Shown here: positions 39,666-50,258 of the stretch, in pieces
Layout of the letters: every line of letters starts with the position of its first letter
Position numbering within the stretch: position 1 is the stretch's first letter
Origin: Candidatus Phycocordibacter aenigmaticus
Lineage (GTDB): Bacteria > Patescibacteriota > Minisyncoccia > Phycocordibacterales > UBA2163
Assembly (NCBI GenBank): GCA_002327585.1
Contig: DCWL01000006.1
Location: forward strand, 28,302 to 92,301
Reading direction: 5' to 3'
DNA length: 64,000 bases
Notes under the pieces: generated by a model
Database searches by the model: none
What the model was told of the DNA's origin: nothing
Seen by the model: the letters and a program-made list of their open reading frames with translations, nothing else
Translations under genes and position numbers: made by a program

Positions 39666-40878
39666 CTTTTACCTTCAAAAATCTTTTCTTTCCTATTTTT
39701 ATCGTCGTATTTTTTTCTATTTTAAAATTAATGTCATTTATTATACTTCCTCCAATTTCTGTCACGGCACCTGCTTCCACCAATCTCCTTAAATCTGTTT
39801 TTGATTCAACAAGTTTTGAAACCGCATCGTAAAGTGGTATACCTTTTTCGACTTCTATTTCTTCAGCGTCTTCAGATACTCCTCCGTCGCTGAAAGTTTT
39901 TATAAAATTATTTTTTGCTTTCTCTGCAGAATCTTTTCCGTGATATATAGAAACAATCTCTCCCGCTAGTTTCATTTTAATATCTTTTGGTTTTATATTA
40001 CTTTCTAAGTCTGATTTTACTTTTTCAATTTCGTCAATAGAAATATCTGTAGCAAGTTCAAATCCAGGAGTTATCGTCTCGTCAGTCCAGCTCATAACTT
40101 TCCCAAACATTTCATTCTCACTATCGGTAAATTTAATCATATTACCTTCAGTTTTACCCATTTTTGCTCCTACTGTATCTTCAATAAGTTTTGTTGTCAT
40201 TACAAATTTCTCTTTTCTAAGCATTTGTTTCATAAGTGTTCTTCCGATAAGCATATTGAATGTCTGGTCATTCCCCCCTATCTCTCCATCAACCTCCATC
40301 GCAACAGAGTCATACCCCTGCATCAGGGGATACAGAAATTCGTGGATATAAATTGGCTTATCTGCTTTTCTTCTCTCCTCAAACATATCACGCTTGAGCA
40401 TCTGTTCCACTGTCATGTTTGAGGCAAGATCAAGCACTTTTTCAAAACACATTTTAGAGAGCCACTCAGAATTATATTTTATCTCAGCATAATTTTCCCC
40501 ACTGAAATTTAAGAATACGGATGCCTGTTCCTTATAAAGTTTGGCATTATCCAAAACTTCTTCTCTTGTAAGTTTTTTTCTAACTGAAGTTTTGTCCGTA
40601 GGGTCCCCTATTACTCCTGTAAAATCACCAATCAAAAGAATCGCTTTATGCCCAAGTCCTTGAAACTCTCCAAGCTTTTTAAGTACGGTTGCATGGCCAA
40701 GATGAAGTGAGGGTCCAGTGGGGTCAATACCAAGATACATAGTTAGTTTCTCCCCTTTCTTTAATTTCTCCTCCAAAAATTGCTTGTTTGGATATATATT
40801 CTCGACACCTCTTGAGAGAAAATTTTCTATTTTCTCAATATTAGAAACTTCTATACCCCTTTTTGAATTCCAAAACAT
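39658..40878 (-). CDS. tyrS: tyrosyl-tRNA synthetase
   Basis: 406 aa; LHLGH HIGH motif, KMGKTEGN KMSKS-like, C-terminal S4-like domain. Confidence 0.8.
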   Translation of the reverse strand: MFWNSKRGIEVSNIEKIENFLSRGVENIYPNKQFLEEKLKKGEKLTMYLGIDPTGPSLHLGHATVLKKLGEFQGLGHKAILLIGDFTGVIGDPTDKTSVRKKLTREEVLDNAKLYKEQASVFLNFSGENYAEIKYNSEWLSKMCFEKVLDLASNMTVEQMLKRDMFEERRKADKPIYIHEFLYPLMQGYDSVAMEVDGEIGGNDQTFNMLIGRTLMKQMLRKEKFVMTTKLIEDTVGAKMGKTEGNMIKFTDSENEMFGKVMSWTDETITPGFELATDISIDEIEKVKSDLESNIKPKDIKMKLAGEIVSIYHGKDSAEKAKNNFIKTFSDGGVSEDAEEIEVEKGIPLYDAVSKLVESKTDLRRLVEAGAVTEIGGSIINDINFKIEKNTTIKIGKKRFLKVKVK

Positions 40879-40918
40879 AATGTTAATAATAACACAGCTA
40901 TTATGTTAATATAAGAAA

Positions 40919-43429
40919 ATGTCTAGAAAAAGAAACCGTAAAGTCCGCGGCAAATTCGGTGCATTTGTAAAACTCATTGTCATAGCAGGACTTTTTGGTG
41001 TGGGTGCTATGATACTCTGGGCGTCATCTCTTTCAATTCCTGAGCTTGATTCGTTTGAGAAGAGAATAGTCCGCCAGTCAACAAAAATCTATGACAGAAC
41101 GGGGGAAGTGCTTCTTTACGATGTGCATGAAAATGTTCAGAGGACTGTTATCCCGCTCTCTGATGTATCGCGGCACATTAAAAATGCAACTGTCGCAATA
41201 GAGGATGCAGAATTTTATGATCATAAAGGAATAAAGCTACAAGCAATTTTACGCGCAATACTTGTTAATTTAGGAGCTCTTGAATTCAGCCAAGGAGGCT
41301 CAACGATTACTCAACAGGTTGTAAAAAACTCCATCCTTACATCAGAGAAAAAAATCTCACGAAAGCTCAAAGAGTGGATTCTCTCTCTCAGACTTGAGCA
41401 AGAGCTTTCTAAGGAAGAAATTTTAGAGCTTTATCTTAATGAATCGCCTTACGGCGGAAACATATACGGAATAGAGGAGGCAAGTGAAATGTTTTTCAAC
41501 AAGAGTGCATCATATCTTACACTTTCAGAGTCAGCGTATCTGGCTGCACTTCCGCAAGCTCCCACTTTCTACTCCCCATATGGGAACAACAAAAACAGAC
41601 TTGAAGAGAGAAAAAGTCTTGTACTTGACCGAATGTTCCAAAACGGTTTTATAACGCAGGAGGAGTACCTTTTGGCTTCACAAGAAACTACGAAGTTCAA
41701 GCCTCAGCGCGACATCGGCATAAATGCGCCACATTTTGTATTTTTTATAAGAGAGTATTTAGAGAATAAATATGGCAAACGCGCTGTTGAAGAGAAAGGA
41801 TTTAAAGTTATTACAACTCTTGATTTTGATCTGCAGAAAAAGGCTGAGGAGACAATATTTAAATTTGCCCACGAGAATGAAGAAAAATTCAACGCTGAGA
41901 ATGCTGGACTTGTTGCAATAGACCCAAAGACAGGCCAGATTCTTGTAATGGTCGGCTCAAGGGATTATTTTGACGAAGAAATAGACGGAAACTTTAATGT
42001 CGTGATTGACCCGAACCGCCAGCCAGGCTCGGCGTTCAAGCCGTTCGTTTATGCAACAGCATTTAACAAGGGATATACGCCCGAGACAGTTGTTTTTGAT
42101 TTAAAGACGCAATTTCAGACCACTTGTGAACCCGATGATTTGACGAGCGAAGAAGACTGCTATTCTCCCGTAAACTACGATGAAGTATTCAGAGGGCCTG
42201 TAACGCTCAGAAATGCTCTCTCACAGTCCATAAATGTGCCTTCTGTTAAGGTGCTCTACCTTGCGGGGCTTCGCGACTCACTTCGCACGGCAAAAGATAT
42301 GGGAATTAAAGGACTCTCTGATATAAATCGCTACGGCCTTACGCTTGTACTTGGAGGTGGGGAAGTTTCTCTTCTTAATATGGTCAGTGCTTACGGAGTA
42401 TTTGGAAATAAAGGAGTCAGGAATAAGCCAGTTGGAATACTTAAAATTGAGGACGGAAGTGGAAATGTTATTGAAGAATTTTCCCAGAAAAATGAGCGTG
42501 TGCTTCCCGAAAACACTGCTCTTTTGATATCAGATATTTTAAATGATGAGAATGCAAGAGCCCCCGCATTCGGACGACACTCGTATCTTTACTTTGATGG
42601 AAGAGATGTTGCGGTAAAGACAGGTACAACAAACGATTACCGTGACGCATGGATTATAGGGTACACTCCAAATATCTCTGTCGGCACATGGGCGGGAAAC
42701 AACGATAATTCTCCTATGGAGAAAAAAATTGCCGGTTTTATAGTTGCTCCAATGTGGAATGCATTTATGCGCGAGGTACTTTTGGCAACAGATGATGAAA
42801 AATTTAAAAAACCTGATGAAATTGATGAATTAAAATTAAAACCTGTGCTCAAAAGTGTTTGGCAAGGAGGAATAGAGTATTCTATTGACGGCATTTCCGG
42901 AAAGCTTGCAAGTGAGTTTACTCCGGAAGAGACAAAGGAGGAAAAAGTACTCACCAACATACACTCAATTCTCTACTGGGTTGACAAAGAAAATCCAAAT
43001 GGAAAAATCCCTGATAAACCGGAGAACAACCCGCAGTTTAGGTTCTGGGAATACTCAGTTGACAAATGGAAGACGGAGCAGGGTTTTGTGACAGAAAATA
43101 TTGACGAGATACCGAGAGAAATTGACGATGTCCATAAACCTGAGTTTGTGCCTAAGATTATAATAAAGAGTCCCACACCGAATACACAGTATGGTAAAAA
43201 CAGCAAAATTACAGTTAATATAGACATAAGTGGCAAATTCCCCATCACTAAAGTTGATGTGTTTGTAAATGACATATTCATAGGATCATCAAAAAGATCT
43301 CCATTCTCACTTTCATTTACTCCAAATAATTTGGACGTATTGGAAGTAGAGAACAGATTGAAAATTATCGGCTATGATGTTGTGAGGAATCGTGGCGAGG
43401 CGGAAACGGTATTCAATGTAAGTATTTAA
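40919..43429 (+). CDS. class A penicillin-binding protein (transglycosylase + transpeptidase)
   Basis: 836 aa; GT51 motifs IEDAEFYDHKG, GGSTITQQ; transpeptidase SAFKP; C-terminal extension. Confidence 0.88.
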   Translation: MSRKRNRKVRGKFGAFVKLIVIAGLFGVGAMILWASSLSIPELDSFEKRIVRQSTKIYDRTGEVLLYDVHENVQRTVIPLSDVSRHIKNATVAIEDAEFYDHKGIKLQAILRAILVNLGALEFSQGGSTITQQVVKNSILTSEKKISRKLKEWILSLRLEQELSKEEILELYLNESPYGGNIYGIEEASEMFFNKSASYLTLSESAYLAALPQAPTFYSPYGNNKNRLEERKSLVLDRMFQNGFITQEEYLLASQETTKFKPQRDIGINAPHFVFFIREYLENKYGKRAVEEKGFKVITTLDFDLQKKAEETIFKFAHENEEKFNAENAGLVAIDPKTGQILVMVGSRDYFDEEIDGNFNVVIDPNRQPGSAFKPFVYATAFNKGYTPETVVFDLKTQFQTTCEPDDLTSEEDCYSPVNYDEVFRGPVTLRNALSQSINVPSVKVLYLAGLRDSLRTAKDMGIKGLSDINRYGLTLVLGGGEVSLLNMVSAYGVFGNKGVRNKPVGILKIEDGSGNVIEEFSQKNERVLPENTALLISDILNDENARAPAFGRHSYLYFDGRDVAVKTGTTNDYRDAWIIGYTPNISVGTWAGNNDNSPMEKKIAGFIVAPMWNAFMREVLLATDDEKFKKPDEIDELKLKPVLKSVWQGGIEYSIDGISGKLASEFTPEETKEEKVLTNIHSILYWVDKENPNGKIPDKPENNPQFRFWEYSVDKWKTEQGFVTENIDEIPREIDDVHKPEFVPKIIIKSPTPNTQYGKNSKITVNIDISGKFPITKVDVFVNDIFIGSSKRSPFSLSFTPNNLDVLEVENRLKIIGYDVVRNRGEAETVFNVSI

Positions 43430-43686
43430 CGGATATCTTTTATTATTTTCTTGGATGAGAGTTTTTGTGTGAGATTTTTTATAATCTCGTTTTTTTTAAG
43501 GAAAATTTCGCTTTTTATAATAGAATCTGCTGATATAAAAATAATGCCATTTCTCACATCTATATTGTCTTTTTCAATATCAATGCCAACAATCTTTTTT
43601 ACCGTGTCAATGCACACTTCCTTGACGAGCTTGTCGGGGGGAGTGATTTTTTTAAATTTTTCCAAAAAATTCCCAATATTGAACAT
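43426..43686 (-). CDS. hypothetical protein
   Basis: 86 aa ORF. Confidence 0.4.
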   Translation of the reverse strand: MFNIGNFLEKFKKITPPDKLVKEVCIDTVKKIVGIDIEKDNIDVRNGIIFISADSIIKSEIFLKKNEIIKNLTQKLSSKKIIKDIR

Positions 43687-43804
43687 ATCTAAAGGATACT
43701 ATGATTTTAAAAATAAATCCTGTTAGGAATCGCGAGGTCGTGCAGCGCCTCTATTTCTAATGGAATAAAAAACTCCCGAAGCGTAAGCACTTCGGGATTT
43801 ATTA

Positions 43805-43942
43805 TTATTCTGGATATACATCTCGTTCTTTTACAAATTCTTTACAGGTACAACACCAATTGTTGTCCCGTATTCTCTCTCCACAGCTTATACAGCGTTT
43901 AACAACTTTGGCAAGTTTAATTACCTTCTTTTTTTCATCCAT
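43805..43942 (-). CDS. small zinc-ribbon protein (possible ribosomal-type)
   Basis: 45-aa ORF MDEKKKVIKLAKVVKRCISCGERIRDNNWCCTCKEF.., CxxC..CCxC; adjacent to rpmG. Confidence 0.35.
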   Translation of the reverse strand: MDEKKKVIKLAKVVKRCISCGERIRDNNWCCTCKEFVKERDVYPE

Positions 43943-43996
43943 AGCCTGTCCCCCCACAAACACCTTTCTTTTTAATACAAAAATTAAGTAATGTTT

Positions 43997-44161
43997 TTTA
44001 CAGCTCTATGTGTGCTGTTTTTTCTTTACATTTTATACACCATAAATGCTTAATATGACCTTTTCCTCTGTTTCTATTTTTAAGCCTTTGGATACTTTGC
44101 ACTTCTCCACATTTTGTACACTCAAGGTCTTTTTTTATAAGATTATGTATACCTCTTGACA
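43997..44161 (-). CDS. rpmG: 50S ribosomal protein L33
   Basis: 54-aa ORF; ECTKCGE...KHLWCIKCKEKTAHIEL matches L33 zinc-ribbon pattern. Confidence 0.7.
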
Positions 44162-44472
44162 TTTATTCTTTCTCCTCTTCAAAATAAGATTAAATGAGGT
44201 AAAATTAATTATGGTTTTTACCGTACTTCTGTTGGAAAGTATATCATGCCTATACCATTTGTCAAACACACCTAAAAACCATCTTGCTCACAGTGGAAAA
44301 CATGAAACAATTATTCAGTTGCCAATAATTGGATTCTTCCTTATAATTAAACTAATGGGTAGTAAACTGCACGAGTTGAGGAAACCTCTTTTTTGAAATG
44401 TGTAACCTCCTTTCCCGAGAGGCGCCATCTAAGAATGGCTACGTCAACCCAACTCGTGCCAACTTATTTTTA

Positions 44473-44500
44473 CCGCCAAAGAATTTTTTTGGCGGTTTTT
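44473..44500 (+). terminator. rho-independent terminator (plus-strand orientation)
   Basis: ccgccaaa gaa tttttttggcgg stem followed by TTTTTATTTATT. Confidence 0.6.
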
Positions 44501-45602
44501 ATTTATTCATAGGCATCACTAGATAAAAAAAGGATGCATCTCCCACTCCACTCACAATCATAGGTTTGCTCAAGCCCGCAAACTTAAGAGAAATACTGTC
44601 TGAATATATAGACTGAAAGCAGTCGGAGATATATTTGTGGTTAAAATTGATATTAAGAGACTCGCCTGAGATAGCTGAATCAACTTTGTTGGTTATCTCC
44701 CCCACATTCTCATTTTTTGAGCTTATAGTAAACGATTTTCTTTTAGGATCAATAGAAAGACTAACTTGATTAAACTGATCAGAGAAAACATTTGTGTTTT
44801 TAAGAGTATTTACAATGTCTTGTTTTAGAACAACCACTTCTGTGGTCTGTTTCTTTGGAATTATCTGCTTGTAGTCAGGAAAAGTTCCATTTATAAGTCG
44901 GGATGTTAAATAAATTTTGTCTGAGACGAAAGATATTTGATTGTTGTTTATATTTACATCAATACTACCACCAACATACTCCAAAACTCTTATAATCTCT
45001 GAAATGTTTGGGAGTGGTATTAAAATAGGTTCAAAATCCTTCACTTTATCATCAATAGAAATTGTTTTCTCAGCTAGTCTGAATGAGTCGGTTGAAACAA
45101 AGACAAATTTTCCGTCGTCGTTGTAGATATAAACACTTGATAATTCCTGTTTTATTGCAGATATTGAAGCGCTGTACCACACCGATTTTAAGCCGTTTAT
45201 TAACTCTCCCACTTTTATGTTTATTAATTTCCCCCCTTTAGCAACTGTTGGAAGTGTTGGAAAATCGTCATGTGGAACCGCTTTTATAATAGCTTTATTT
45301 GATTTTGTGGAAATGTTTAAATTACCGGATATAACTTCAAGTGTTATTTTGTCTTGATAGATGGTGGATATAAGGCTGTAGAGCACCGAGCCAGAAACTG
45401 CCACAACACCCTCTGAGACAACCTTTGAAGGGATTTCAATCTCAATACCTAAATCCAAGTTTGTAGAGCGGATATAGAACTTTCTGTTTTTTGCAAACAG
45501 GAGTAAATTATTCAAAACAGGAAGGGTTAAATTTCGACCGCTGATCTTCTCGGCGATTGATATACTGTCGGTTAAATTATCTTTTGTACATTCTATTTTC
45601 AT
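44499..45602 (-). CDS. dnaN: DNA polymerase III beta sliding clamp
   Basis: 367 aa; three-domain clamp, conserved position after dnaA. Confidence 0.85.
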   Translation of the reverse strand: MKIECTKDNLTDSISIAEKISGRNLTLPVLNNLLLFAKNRKFYIRSTNLDLGIEIEIPSKVVSEGVVAVSGSVLYSLISTIYQDKITLEVISGNLNISTKSNKAIIKAVPHDDFPTLPTVAKGGKLINIKVGELINGLKSVWYSASISAIKQELSSVYIYNDDGKFVFVSTDSFRLAEKTISIDDKVKDFEPILIPLPNISEIIRVLEYVGGSIDVNINNNQISFVSDKIYLTSRLINGTFPDYKQIIPKKQTTEVVVLKQDIVNTLKNTNVFSDQFNQVSLSIDPKRKSFTISSKNENVGEITNKVDSAISGESLNINFNHKYISDCFQSIYSDSISLKFAGLSKPMIVSGVGDASFFYLVMPMNK

Positions 45603-45802
45603 AATAACTTTAATTAGTTTTTATATATAAATTTATTATTACTATTACTATATATGTTTATAACTTAATAACTTTTTTTATATATATTTCTAAACATATT
45701 AATCTAACTTTATTTTCAATAGCTTGTTAATAAGTAATGTAAAATATGATTATAAATACACACACAACAATCTTTTACTTTATAAGTAAAAGTTATACAC
45801 AA
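45603..45802. promoter_or_regulatory. candidate DNA-unwinding element (oriC component), dnaA-dnaN intergenic
   Basis: 200 bp almost pure A/T, one DnaA-box variant TTATACACA. Confidence 0.4.
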
Positions 45803-47185
45803 TTAATTCAACATTGCCCGTATCTGATCAACCTCTTTTGACAAAAGACTGTCAATTTTTAAATCCCTCTTAATTTTATCGCACGAGTGAATCACTGTGG
45901 TATGATCTCTACCTCCTAACTTCTGACCTATAGTCGGATAAGAAACATGAAAGTCTTCTCTAAGGATGTACATAATAAGCTGCCGAGGCTTAACAACTTC
46001 TTTAACTCTTGTTTTTTTATAAATAACACTTTCATCTAAGTTGTAAAAACCAGCAACTTGTTTTATAACATCCTTCACTGAAACAGATTTCCTCGACTTT
46101 ATATTATTTTTTATAAGTGCCTTAACATCATTTAATGACAAAACCTTTCCTTTTAATTGTGACTGACAGATGATTGAGTTTAGTGTTCCCTCAAGTTCCC
46201 GAATATTTCCCTGAACAGTAAGGGCAAGATAATTAACAATTTCATTTTCTATAATAAATTTATTCTGCAAAGATTTTGCCTTAAGGATTGCTATTCTTGA
46301 TTCATGGTCGGGAGAAGGAATGTCTGCTATCATACCAGCAGAAAACCTAGATTTTAAGCGGCCTTCTAGGTTTGGTATCATGTTTGGGTGAGTGTCAGAT
46401 GAGAATACAATTTGTTTATTATTATCGTATAGCGCATTAAAAAGATGGAAAAGCTCTTCACGCGTCTTCTCCATATTTGAGAGAAATTGTATATCGTCAA
46501 TAATAAGAACATCATACTTTCTATATTTCTCTTTAAAGAGTGTGTTTACTTTATTACTTCTTACTGCATTTATATAATCTTGCGCAAACTTCTCCGAAGT
46601 TGTGTAATAAACTTTTGTATCAGGGTTTCTTTTCTTTAATTGATTTCCTACTGATTGAATAAGATGAGTTTTGCCATGCCCTGTTCCTCCATAGATAAAA
46701 AGTGGATTATAGGTAATCCCCGGTTTCTCGACAATAGCTTGCGCCGCGACGTGAGCAAGCTCGTTAAATGGCCCGACTACAAAACTCTCAAATGTATATC
46801 TTGGGTTTAAATTATCTTCCTTGTTTGGGTAATAATCATTTAAAGGAAGTTCTTTATTTATACTCATACTCTGCCTTCGCCCTATTTCGAGCTCTTTTTT
46901 ACCCTCTTTTTTAATTAAATATTCAATACCTCGAATATTACCCACAAAACTTCTTAAAATCTTCAATATAAGCTTATGGTATTTGTTGAAAAGCCAGTCT
47001 TTTACGAATTCATTCTGCACACTCAAACACACAACACCTCCTTCTATTTTTATAATATGTGTATCTTTAAACCAAGTACTAAAATTTGCTTTTGAAATGT
47101 TTAGTTCGATATCAACAAGCGCATTTTCCCACAGTTCTTTAACGTTAACTTCTTCAATTACATTGTCGTTTATAGTCTCGTTCAT
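45803..47185 (-). CDS. dnaA: chromosomal replication initiator DnaA
   Basis: 460 aa; AAA+ Walker A GGTGHGKTHL, C-terminal DNA-binding domain. Confidence 0.92.
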   Translation of the reverse strand: MNETINDNVIEEVNVKELWENALVDIELNISKANFSTWFKDTHIIKIEGGVVCLSVQNEFVKDWLFNKYHKLILKILRSFVGNIRGIEYLIKKEGKKELEIGRRQSMSINKELPLNDYYPNKEDNLNPRYTFESFVVGPFNELAHVAAQAIVEKPGITYNPLFIYGGTGHGKTHLIQSVGNQLKKRNPDTKVYYTTSEKFAQDYINAVRSNKVNTLFKEKYRKYDVLIIDDIQFLSNMEKTREELFHLFNALYDNNKQIVFSSDTHPNMIPNLEGRLKSRFSAGMIADIPSPDHESRIAILKAKSLQNKFIIENEIVNYLALTVQGNIRELEGTLNSIICQSQLKGKVLSLNDVKALIKNNIKSRKSVSVKDVIKQVAGFYNLDESVIYKKTRVKEVVKPRQLIMYILREDFHVSYPTIGQKLGGRDHTTVIHSCDKIKRDLKIDSLLSKEVDQIRAMLN

Positions 47186-47258
47186 TTTGTTGATAGATTA
47201 ATTTAGATACATTATATAGTTATAAGAATAAAATGAAACTTGCGTAAAAAGATATTAT

Positions 47259-47290
47259 ATGTTAATAAAATGTTAATAAGATGTTAATAA
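47259..47290 (+). repeat. three direct ATGTTAATAA repeats at 11-bp spacing
   Basis: seen directly: copies at 47259, 47270, 47281, abutting rpmH start. Confidence 0.6.
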
Positions 47291-47292
47291 TT

Positions 47293-47427
47293 ATGTCTAA
47301 GACATACCAACCAAAAAGAAGAAAAAGAAAAAAAACACACGGTTTTTTGGTGAGGAAAAGAACCGCCGGCGGGAGAAAAGTCGTAAAAAGAAGGAGGGCT
47401 AGGAGAAGAACCAAACTCGCCGTATAG
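47293..47427 (+). CDS. rpmH: 50S ribosomal protein L34
   Basis: 44-aa [47 protein letters not shown]. Confidence 0.85.
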   Translation: MSKTYQPKRRKRKKTHGFLVRKRTAGGRKVVKRRRARRRTKLAV

Positions 47428-47429
47428 AT

Positions 47430-47759
47430 ATGCCTAAAATCAAGACCAAACAGCTGTTCAGCGATACTCTAAAGAGGGGTAGGACTTACCACCGCTCCCA
47501 CACATCTCTTAAAGCACTCTTTAGCAAAGACGTTAAAAAGAGCAGTTTTTACTTTGTCGTTTCAGGAAAAATTATTAAAAAAGCTACCAAAAGAAACCTT
47601 TTCAGAAGGAGAGGACGCCACATCACCAGATCGGTCAATGTAAAAAATGGATATATAGGAATCTTTTTTGCTAAAAAAGGAGCCGGAGTACTTGAGTTTA
47701 AGGAGATGAAGGAGGAAGTGCTTGGTTTACTTCAAAAGGCAAAGCTGCTTGCAAAATAA
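47430..47759 (+). CDS. rnpA: RNase P protein component
   Basis: 109 aa, basic; RNLFRRRGRH region; canonical position after rpmH. Confidence 0.75.
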   Translation: MPKIKTKQLFSDTLKRGRTYHRSHTSLKALFSKDVKKSSFYFVVSGKIIKKATKRNLFRRRGRHITRSVNVKNGYIGIFFAKKGAGVLEFKEMKEEVLGLLQKAKLLAK

Positions 47760-47792
47760 AACAATCTATGTTATTATAACCCAACATATATT

Positions 47793-48374
47793 ATGTTAAT
47801 ACCGACAGTTATAGAAAAATCACAATTTGGCGAGCGGGCCTTTGATATATATTCCCGCCTTCTTAAGGAGAGGATAATTTTCCTTGGTGGACCCATTGAA
47901 GACCATATGGCCAACATTGTCATTGCCCAACTCCTATTTCTTGAATCTGAAGACCCTAAAAAAGACATATCTCTATATATTAACTCCCCCGGCGGATCAG
48001 TGACGGCAACACTTGCAATGCTTGACACTATAAATCACATCAAACCAGACGTAGCAACTGTCTGCGTAGGCGTTGCCGCTTCTGGGGGTGCAATACTGCT
48101 TTCAGCTGGCACAAAAGGAAAAAGGTTTGCACTTCCAAATGCTGAGGTAATGATACATCAGCCGTGGGGCGGCGCGCAGGGCCAGGCAACAGATATTGAG
48201 ATTACCGCAAAGCACATTTTGGGCTTGAGAGACAAGCTCAACAAAATACTTGCAAAAAACACAGGACAATTAATAAAGCAGATTGAGAAAGATGCCGACA
48301 GGGACTTTTTTATGAGTGCGGAGGATGCCAAAAAATATGGCCTTATTGATGAGATATATAAGAGTAAGGCGTAG
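47793..48374 (+). CDS. clpP: ATP-dependent Clp protease proteolytic subunit
   Basis: 193 aa; [10 protein letters not shown] catalytic Ser motif, HQP. Confidence 0.9.
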   Translation: MLIPTVIEKSQFGERAFDIYSRLLKERIIFLGGPIEDHMANIVIAQLLFLESEDPKKDISLYINSPGGSVTATLAMLDTINHIKPDVATVCVGVAASGGAILLSAGTKGKRFALPNAEVMIHQPWGGAQGQATDIEITAKHILGLRDKLNKILAKNTGQLIKQIEKDADRDFFMSAEDAKKYGLIDEIYKSKA

Positions 48375-48566
48375 TTTGTTGCACATTTATGTATTCTATG
48401 GTAGTGTATTAATACGCATTATTTAAATTTAATTTTGAAATTCCGCTTTCCAACTTTTATGTCAGATTTTGAAAATTTATTGTTAGAAAAATCTAAATAT
48501 ACAAATATCTTAAGCTTCAAAACAGCCCAAGATTTTTAATTGTTGAAAAGCGGAATTTCCGCTTAT

Positions 48567-50096
48567 ATGTCACTAAAAATAGTATTTGCACTTCTTGCAG
48601 TTGCGGGAGTGACTGGAATTGCATTCGGGTATTTCCTGCGATGGGTTGTTTCTCTTGGAAGGCGCGGATCCATGGAACTTGAGATTAAGCAGAAAATGCT
48701 TGAAGCCAAAGAAGACGCCAAGCGCATCACAACAAGCGCTGAGGTGAAAGCAAAGGAGACCGTGCAAGAGATCGGGATAGAACTTAAGGAAAAGGAAAGT
48801 CAAATAAAAAAGAGTGAGGATAGACTTATTAAGAAAGAGGAATTTTTAGACAAGAGACAGCTTGATGTTGACAAAGAAGCCGAGGACATCAAGAAGAAGA
48901 TAGAGGAAGTAAAGATTGTAAAGGAGAAAGTGGACGAGCTTGATGTACAAAAGCAGAAAGAGCTTGAGAAGATTTCAAAATTTACAAACGAAGAGGCAAA
49001 AAAAGAGATATTAAAAACAGCTGAGAAACAATATGAAGAGGATATTTTGGCGAGAATCCAGAAGCTTGAATCTCTTGGTAAAGAAAAGATTGAACAACAA
49101 GCAAGTAAGATGCTCGCATCTGCGATTCAACGTCTCGGTAGCGCCGTCCCCTCTGACGTGATGTCAACAAATATAAATCTGCCGTCAGATGAAATAAAAG
49201 GTAAGATTATTGGTAAGGAAGGAAGAAATATAAAAGCATTTGAAAAAGCAACAGGTGTTGATGTTATTATTGATGATACACCAGGAGCCATTACACTCTC
49301 TTCTTTTGATCCTGTCAGACGACAAATTGCGCGCGTTGCGCTTGAGATGTTGATAATAGACGGAAGAATACAGCCGGCAAAGATTGAGGAGGTTGTGGAG
49401 AAGGCGAAAGAGGAAGTTAATAGGGTTATAAAAGAGAAAGGCGAGCAGGCTGTTTATGAATGTGGTGTATTTAACCTAGATCCCCGAGTAGTTTCTATAT
49501 TAGGGAGGCTCTTTTTCAGAACAAGCTATGGACAGAATGTTCTTCAACATTCGATTGAGATGTCGCATATTGCAGGAATGCTTGCACAAGAACTTAAAGT
49601 TGATGTTGCCGTTGCAAAAGCCGGCGCGCTCTTACATGACATTGGGAAAGCCGTTGACCACGAGGTGCAGGGCACACATGTTGAGATAGGAAGAAGAATT
49701 TTACAAAAGCTTGGCGTAAGTGAGGATATTATAAAAGCGATGCAGTCGCATCATGAAGAATATCCTTATGAAACAGTTGAATCAATTATTGTACAGGTTG
49801 CCGATAGTATTTCAGGGAGCAGGCCGGGCGCGAGAAGGGATTCTGTAGAGAATTATCTCAAGCGTCTTGAAGAGCTTGAAGCAATAGCAAATGCACATAA
49901 AGGAGTTGAAAAATCATACGCAATTGCTGCAGGGAGAGAAATACGAGTATTTGTAACACCTGAGAAGATAACAGATTTAGAGGCGAAAAATATGGCAAGA
50001 GATATTGCACTTCAGATAGAAAGAGAGCTTAAGTATCCAGGAGAGATCAAAGTGAATGTGATTAGAGAAATGAGATCAACGGAATACGCACGATAA
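48567..50096 (+). CDS. rny: ribonuclease Y
   Basis: N-terminal TM, coiled coil, KH (GKIIGKEGRNIK) and HD domains; start placed at MSLKIVF. Confidence 0.85.
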   Translation: MSLKIVFALLAVAGVTGIAFGYFLRWVVSLGRRGSMELEIKQKMLEAKEDAKRITTSAEVKAKETVQEIGIELKEKESQIKKSEDRLIKKEEFLDKRQLDVDKEAEDIKKKIEEVKIVKEKVDELDVQKQKELEKISKFTNEEAKKEILKTAEKQYEEDILARIQKLESLGKEKIEQQASKMLASAIQRLGSAVPSDVMSTNINLPSDEIKGKIIGKEGRNIKAFEKATGVDVIIDDTPGAITLSSFDPVRRQIARVALEMLIIDGRIQPAKIEEVVEKAKEEVNRVIKEKGEQAVYECGVFNLDPRVVSILGRLFFRTSYGQNVLQHSIEMSHIAGMLAQELKVDVAVAKAGALLHDIGKAVDHEVQGTHVEIGRRILQKLGVSEDIIKAMQSHHEEYPYETVESIIVQVADSISGSRPGARRDSVENYLKRLEELEAIANAHKGVEKSYAIAAGREIRVFVTPEKITDLEAKNMARDIALQIERELKYPGEIKVNVIREMRSTEYAR

Positions 50097-50258
50097 ATCA
50101 GTTATACACAGGTTTTTTTCAGGGTATTGCGTAAATAGTGGCTTAATATATAATGTTGAGAGCTTCCAAAACTGCGGTTTAGGGCTTGTTAGCCGAATCG
50201 CTGTAGGAACGGACGTATATACGGTCGACTTTTAACAAGTATTTAACAAAAAATCAAA

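Noticed and set aside
44211-44396. 61-aa plus-strand ORF between rpmG and dnaN
   Set aside because: Region is better explained as a structured or non-coding transcript with a terminator; the translation has no protein-like features.
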